Shown: positions 59,061-64,000 of the stretch, in pieces
Layout: the number at the start of each line of letters is the position of its first letter
How positions within the stretch are numbered: the stretch's first letter is position 1
Assembly: GCA_050182055.1 (NCBI GenBank)
Contig: JBFXCP010000010.1
Location: 42,773-106,772 of the forward strand
Direction of reading: 5' to 3'
From: Hyphomonadaceae bacterium
GTDB lineage: Bacteria; Pseudomonadota; Alphaproteobacteria; Caulobacterales; Aquidulcibacteraceae
DNA: 64,000 bases
Notes under the pieces: generated by a model
Told to the model about the DNA's origin: nothing
Databases searched by the model: none
What the model saw: the letters and a program-made list of their open reading frames with translations, nothing else
Position numbers and translations under genes: made by a program

Positions 59061-59950
59061 GTGGCGAACTCCTGGCGCCGGTAGCCCTGAAAGAAAAGGG
59101 CGGTTTCCAGCGAGGTGTAGTCGATCTTCGCATCCGCTTCGAGCGCGACGATCGGCTTGGCGCGGTAGGCGACGCCGAGACCGGCGGCCTTGATCATGTC
59201 GAGGTCGTTGGCGCCGTCGCCGATCGCCAACGCATCGGACTCGCGCGCGCCGGCGGCCTTCGCCTCCGCGCGCAGTGCGTCGAGCTTGGCAGCGCTGCCG
59301 AGGATCGGTTGCGCCACCTCGCCGGTGAGCGTTGCGCCGTCATCCAGCAATGTGTTGGCGCGGTGGGCGTGAAAGCCTGCCGCTGCGGCGACGCGCGAGG
59401 TGAAGAATGTGAACCCGCCGGAGACGAGCACGCAGCGCGCGCCGTGGCTCGCCATCGTGCGCACCAGGCTCGCGGCGCCTGGGTTGAGTTGAACGCGCTC
59501 GTCGTAGGTCCGCTGCAGCGCCGCCAACGCCAAGCCCTTCAATTTGCCGACGCGCTCAACCAGCGCCGGCTCGAATGCCAATTCCCCGCGCATCGCACGC
59601 TCGGTGATGGCTGCGATCTCCGCCTTGAGCCCTGCGAAATCCGCCAGCTCATCCAGGCATTCTACGTTGATGATCGTCGAATCCATGTCGGCGACGAGGA
59701 GTTTCTTACGCCGGCCCGCGACGGGCGTGAGCGCCCAGTCCACCGGTAGCTCCGCCACCGCAGCCGCGGCTTCCTCGCGCAGCTCGGGATCAATGGTGGG
59801 GTAGATCCACTGGGCGCTTTCCCAGCCGGACAAAACGTCCGGCGGCGGCAGCTTTCGCGTCAGCGCCACCCGGCCCAGCATCAGCAGCGCTTCGCGGTAG
59901 GCGGGCTTGTCGTCCGGCGGCGCGACGAAAACGAGGGCGTGGGCGGTCAT
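59057..59950 (-). CDS. serB: phosphoserine phosphatase
   Basis: LLVADMDSTIINVECLDELA, VSGGF and IGDGANDLDMIKAAGLGVAY motifs. Confidence 0.9.
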   Translation of the reverse strand: MTAHALVFVAPPDDKPAYREALLMLGRVALTRKLPPPDVLSGWESAQWIYPTIDPELREEAAAAVAELPVDWALTPVAGRRKKLLVADMDSTIINVECLDELADFAGLKAEIAAITERAMRGELAFEPALVERVGKLKGLALAALQRTYDERVQLNPGAASLVRTMASHGARCVLVSGGFTFFTSRVAAAAGFHAHRANTLLDDGATLTGEVAQPILGSAAKLDALRAEAKAAGARESDALAIGDGANDLDMIKAAGLGVAYRAKPIVALEADAKIDYTSLETALFFQGYRRQEFAT

Positions 59951-59953
59951 CTA

Positions 59954-60095
59954 GGGGCTGGGGGCTCGGGGCTCGGGATTGGAGATTCGGGATTGGGCGC
60001 CTTGGTTTTCCAGGTAACGCTTCGCGATCTTGGAATGACTCTGTCATTGTGACGCGCCATCTCCAATCCCCAATCCCGAGCCCCCAACCCCCAGC
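59954..60095. repeat. long imperfect inverted repeat (G-rich arm / C-rich arm) filling the serB-miaA divergent spacer
   Basis: The left arm GCTGGGGGCTCGGGGCTCGGGATTGGAGATT (from 59957) is the reverse complement, with 2 mismatches in the first 26 nt, of the right arm ending at 60095 (…AATCCCCAATCCCGAGCCCCCAACCCCCAGC). About 70 nt of central spacer. Confidence 0.75.
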
Positions 60096-61016
60096 ATGAC
60101 CCCAGCGCTTCTCATCATGGGGCCCACGGCCAGCGGCAAATCGGCGCTGGCGTTGGCGGTGGCCGAGCGTCTCGGCGGCGAAATCGTCAATGCGGACTCG
60201 ATGCAGGTGTACCGGGACTTCCGCGTGCTGACTGCGCGGCCGTCGCCGGAGGAGGAGGCGCGCGCGCCGCATCATCTGTACGGCCACGTCGACGGCGCGG
60301 AGGCGTACTCCACAGGCCGATGGCTTGCCGATGCGCTCGCGGCGATCGCCGCCGTCCGCGCGCGCGGCGCCACGCCGATCCTCGTCGGCGGCACGGGCCT
60401 CTACTTTAAGGCGCTCACCGAAGGCCTAGTCGACATCCCGCCGGCCGATCCCGACGTGCGCGCAGCCTTACGCGCGCGCGCCGAAGCAGAGGGCGCGCCG
60501 GCGCTCCATGCCGACCTCGCCGCGCGCGATCCGCACACTGCGGCGCGGCTTGAGCCCAACGACGCGCCGCGCATCCTGCGCGCGCTCGAGGTGCTGGAGA
60601 CTACTGGCGAGAGCATCACGGCGTTGCAGGCCAACACCAAACCCGCGCTTGCACCTACTAATTGGCGCGGGCTCGCGCTGACGCCGGATCGCGAAACCCT
60701 CTACGCGGCGATCAATGCACGCTTCGATGCGATGTTGGCCGAGGGCGCCTTGGATGAGGTAAGTGCCTTCGCGGCCCGCAACCTCGATCCGGCGCTGCCC
60801 GCGATGAAGGCGCATGGCGCTCCGGCGTTGAGCGCGCATCTGCGCGGCGAGATTTCGCTCGCCGCAGCGGCCGAGATCGGCAAGCGCGACACACGCCGCT
60901 ACGCCAAACGCCAATTCACTTGGATCGCCGGGCAAATGCCGCACTGGCCGCGCGTCGCCGAGGCCGATCTGGATGCGCGCGTGGCGCTGGCAGAGCGGCT
61001 TGTGTCCGGGCGGTGA
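60096..61016 (+). CDS. miaA: tRNA dimethylallyltransferase
   Basis: [15 protein letters not shown]-loop and [16 protein letters not shown]. Confidence 0.95.
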   Translation: MTPALLIMGPTASGKSALALAVAERLGGEIVNADSMQVYRDFRVLTARPSPEEEARAPHHLYGHVDGAEAYSTGRWLADALAAIAAVRARGATPILVGGTGLYFKALTEGLVDIPPADPDVRAALRARAEAEGAPALHADLAARDPHTAARLEPNDAPRILRALEVLETTGESITALQANTKPALAPTNWRGLALTPDRETLYAAINARFDAMLAEGALDEVSAFAARNLDPALPAMKAHGAPALSAHLRGEISLAAAAEIGKRDTRRYAKRQFTWIAGQMPHWPRVAEADLDARVALAERLVSGR

Positions 61017-61077
61017 CAACAGACACACTGTTTCGCGCCAAGCATTCCCATGTTACGCGCCGCACGACGGAGGCCTT

Positions 61078-61773
61078 ATGGATCTGGGCGTAAACGAATG
61101 GGTGGCGATCGGTTCGGCGGCGCTGGCGCTGGTGTCGCTGGTGCTGAACTGGCTGGTCGTGCGGCGTCAGACTGAACTTCAATATGAGACTTTGAAGGCG
61201 GAGATGGACGCCGAAGTGATCGCCTGGACGCACGAGGCGATCGACCAAGTCTCGCAGGGCATTGCGCTGGCGCGCGGCCGGGGACACGCCTATGCGCCGG
61301 CGGAGTTTGCGCGCGCGGCGTTCGAGACGTCGCAGAAGCTCTCGTCGCTGGCCGACCGCGGCCGCCTTTTCTTTCCCAACGAGTCCCCCGATCGCCACGG
61401 CCAGGACAAGGAATCCGCCTTTCAGGGTTATCGCCAGCCCATTCTGGACGCCGTCGTCTTCGCGTGCGCGCGGCTGGATCGGGTTGAGCGCGCGGCAACC
61501 GAGCCCGACGCCGCCGCCGCCGAATTTCTGACCAAGTGCCGTCGTCTGCTGGTGTCGGAGGCGCAGAACGCCATCGACCCGCGCCGCCGCGGCCAGATGC
61601 TGCGCCGCCTCGCGATCGGCCGTCTCGACGACAAGACGAGCGCATTCGTGGCGGCGGCGGAACTGGGCGAGGCGATGGAAGCGTTGTACCCGGGATATCT
61701 GTTGCAACGCCGTGACGCGAAATGGATTGCCGACCGCGAAGAGATGGCGCGCGCTTCAAGGAGCAGACGATGA
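61078..61773 (+). CDS. N-terminally anchored hypothetical protein
   Basis: MDLGVNEWVAIGSAALALVSLVLNWLVV anchor, then a helical domain. No recognised family. Confidence 0.5.
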   Translation: MDLGVNEWVAIGSAALALVSLVLNWLVVRRQTELQYETLKAEMDAEVIAWTHEAIDQVSQGIALARGRGHAYAPAEFARAAFETSQKLSSLADRGRLFFPNESPDRHGQDKESAFQGYRQPILDAVVFACARLDRVERAATEPDAAAAEFLTKCRRLLVSEAQNAIDPRRRGQMLRRLAIGRLDDKTSAFVAAAELGEAMEALYPGYLLQRRDAKWIADREEMARASRSRR

Positions 61774-62270
61774 ACATCCGCCGCACCGTCCTCGCCGTCA
61801 TTGGCGCGCTGGCGTTCTCTGCGTGCGCGCCGGTCGAGGCGCCTGCGCAGGAGGGGCCGGTGGAAATCGTTCTGGCGCGCACGGCGTGCTACGGCTTCTG
61901 CCCGGACTATACGGTGACGATCACCGGCGACGGCGCGGTGCGCTTCGTCGGACGGCGCTTCGTCAACGCTGTCGGCGAGCGCACAGCGCGAATTCCCGCC
62001 GCCGACGTCGCGCGCTTGCTGGAACGCTTCGACGCGGTTCGCTTCGAGAGCTTGCGCGACGTCTATCGCGCCAACGTCACGGACCTGCCGACCTACACGA
62101 TCCGTCTCACCCGCAACGGCCAGACCAAGACCGTTGTGGACTACGGCGGCGTCAGCGCCGGCATGCCGCCCGCCGTGCGCGAGTTGCAGGACGAAATCGA
62201 CCGTGTTGCAAGAACCGCACAATGGGTGCTGCGCGACGGCCAGCCAGTGCACGAGCGGCCGCAGCCCTGA
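61770..62270 (+). CDS. exported protein with CYGFCPDY motif (DUF6438-like, from memory)
   Basis: ATGA overlap with the previous gene. Signal MNIRRTVLAVIGALAFSACA, then LARTACYGFCPDYTVTITGDGAVRFVG. Confidence 0.65.
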   Translation: MNIRRTVLAVIGALAFSACAPVEAPAQEGPVEIVLARTACYGFCPDYTVTITGDGAVRFVGRRFVNAVGERTARIPAADVARLLERFDAVRFESLRDVYRANVTDLPTYTIRLTRNGQTKTVVDYGGVSAGMPPAVRELQDEIDRVARTAQWVLRDGQPVHERPQP

Positions 62271-62332
62271 GGCTTCCGCCCCGCCCAGGGGCGCCCTAAG
62301 GTGGCGCCAACGGGACACGTGAAGAGGGTGGG

Positions 62333-63274
62333 ATGCACAAGCTTTTGCGCGCCGCGGCCGTAGGCGGTCTGGCGCTTCTTCTCTGCTTGCCGGCTTCGGC
62401 GCAGAACTTGTCGCTGCGCGCGCCGCAATGGGCGCAGGCGCTGCTCAGCGCCGACATCACGCCCACCACCGGCGGGCGCGCGTTCATTTCGGCTGAAGGC
62501 ATTACGCTGGCCGTGCGCGTGACCATTGCCCCGACCCGCGGCGGCGTGGCGCGCGTGATCCGCTACGATCAGCGCGGCGAACAGGGCGCGCTCGCAGTGC
62601 GCCGGTTCACCGGTCATCCCTCCACCGGCTGGTGGCTATGGGGCGCCGACGCGCCGCGCATCACCACGCCGACGCCTGCGCAGCGGACCGAGATCGCCAC
62701 CCTCGTGCGCGCCGCCAGCGGCGTCGCGGCCTCGCTCAGCAGCGGCGACACCGAGGCGTGCCCGCAAGGCGAGCAAGCCTACATCGAGATGGCGATCGAC
62801 GGGCGCGCCACCAGCCTTTCGCGCACCTGCATCGCCAACACCGATGCGGGCGGGCGCTTGGCGCTGCGCCTTTCGGAGCTCGCGGGCTCGCGCACCGAAG
62901 AAGAACTCGCCGCCGCCGCTGTGGCGGAGTTGCTGGACGCGGACCGCGCCTTCGCCGCGAAAGCGCGCGCCGATGGCGTGCCGGCGGCGTTCACGCACTA
63001 CGCCGCAGAAGACGCGCTGATCGTCACCAGCGCCGAAATCATTTCCGGCCGCGCCGGCGTCACCGCCAGCTATGCGGATTGGCCCGCCGGCGCGCGCCTG
63101 GAATGGGCGCCGGAAACGGGCCGTGTCTCCGCGCGCGGCGACATGGGCTGGACCTGGGGCAATTCGATGTACATCGCGCCCGACGGCACGCGCCGCGCCG
63201 GCCGCTATGTCTCGATCTGGACGCGTGACGTTGAAGGCAACTGGCGCTTCGCGTTCGACGCGCCGATCCGCTAG
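62333..63274 (+). CDS. secreted protein with C-terminal SnoaL/DUF4440-like NTF2 fold
   Basis: Signal MHKLLRAAAVGGLALLLCLPASAQ. C-terminal ELLDADRAFAAKARADGVPAAFTHY...YVSIWTRDVEGNWRFAFD. Confidence 0.6.
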   Translation: MHKLLRAAAVGGLALLLCLPASAQNLSLRAPQWAQALLSADITPTTGGRAFISAEGITLAVRVTIAPTRGGVARVIRYDQRGEQGALAVRRFTGHPSTGWWLWGADAPRITTPTPAQRTEIATLVRAASGVAASLSSGDTEACPQGEQAYIEMAIDGRATSLSRTCIANTDAGGRLALRLSELAGSRTEEELAAAAVAELLDADRAFAAKARADGVPAAFTHYAAEDALIVTSAEIISGRAGVTASYADWPAGARLEWAPETGRVSARGDMGWTWGNSMYIAPDGTRRAGRYVSIWTRDVEGNWRFAFDAPIR

Positions 63275-63807
63275 CCGCCGAAGCCGCCTTCCGCCAGGAA
63301 CTGCAATTCCTCGGCGGTGGATTTGCGCCCCAGCGCCGCGTTCCGGTGCGGGAAGCGGCCAAAACGCGAGATGATATCGCGGTGGATTACCGCGTAGCGC
63401 GTGAACTCGGGATCGCGCATGGCTTCGATCAAGGTCACCGCGCGCTCCTGCAAGGTCAGGTCCTCGGCGTGCTCGAACGGCAGATAGAAGAAGACGCGTA
63501 GTTCAGTGTCGGTCGCTGCATCGAAGCGCTTCTCAATCGCGCGCGACGCCACCGCCACCGCCAGCGGGTCGGTGGCGAACGCATGCGCCGAATTGCGGTA
63601 GATGTTGCGCGGGATCTGGTCCAGCAGCAGTACCAGCGCCAGCGCACCCTCGGCGTCGGCCTCCCAGTGGGTGAGTTCGCGCCGCGCCGCGGCGTGGTGC
63701 TCGGCCTCGAGCCCCTTGCAGCGCCCGTCGAACGTCTCGGTCTTGGCAAACCAGGCCCTCGGGCCCGCGTCGCGCCAGAAGCGCACGATCTCCGCCGCAG
63801 TCGCCAT
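63271..63807 (-). CDS. DUF924-family protein
   Basis: IVRFWRDAGPRAWFAKTETFD...LVLLLDQIPRNIYR is typical of DUF924. Confidence 0.8.
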   Translation of the reverse strand: MATAAEIVRFWRDAGPRAWFAKTETFDGRCKGLEAEHHAAARRELTHWEADAEGALALVLLLDQIPRNIYRNSAHAFATDPLAVAVASRAIEKRFDAATDTELRVFFYLPFEHAEDLTLQERAVTLIEAMRDPEFTRYAVIHRDIISRFGRFPHRNAALGRKSTAEELQFLAEGGFGG

Positions 63808-63833
63808 GGGCGTCCTCCTCTTTGCCTAAGTGA

Positions 63834-64000
<167 letters not shown>

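Noticed and set aside
59954-60095. CRISPR-like or tandem-repeat array interpretation of the G-rich repeats
   Set aside because: Units are short (6-8 nt), degenerate and arranged as one inverted repeat rather than repeat-spacer periodicity. There are no cas genes. It is kept only as an inverted-repeat/G4 finding.

Overview
High-GC (about two-thirds G+C by eye) alphaproteobacterial chromosome segment. The evidence for that placement is a circularly permuted two-piece tmRNA, a CtrA-type TTAA-N7-TTAA box in front of ftsZ, and many leaderless or ATGA-coupled genes. The backbone is housekeeping: the distal dcw cluster (murC, murB, ddl, ftsQ, ftsA, ftsZ), then lpxC-bamD-ligA, peptidases, prmA, uvrD, fumC, sspB+ssrA, aqpZ, thyA/folA, pyk, apbC, hflKC, htrA, serB, miaA and ilvC. 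Small accessory insertions are threaded through this backbone: two VapBC-type TA pairs, many small lipoprotein or exported proteins (several paralogous), an orphan RusA and an M48-TerB fusion protein. Two loci look like uncharacterised systems. (1) Three paralogous membrane-anchored TIR proteins lie at 28.0-30.9 kb and 35.2-37.3 kb, flanking uvrD. Each has a cytoplasmic N-terminal TIR that keeps the catalytic-Glu motif, and each has a different membrane or periplasmic module, giving a Toll-like-receptor-like topology. One appears co-transcribed with two exported MORN-repeat proteins. Another shares its Cys-rich periplasmic domain with a free secreted protein at 26.6 kb. (2) A three-gene insertion lies between ftsZ and lpxC (12.8-17.7 kb). 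It comprises an HTH protein, a soluble TraD/VirD4/HerA-like P-loop ATPase with a ~320-aa unknown N-terminal domain, and a 572-aa TPR protein, with an AT-richer divergent promoter. All functional calls come from reading the translated ORFs and remembered family motifs. No database search was run. Starts were refined by hand where the ORF track clearly over-extends.
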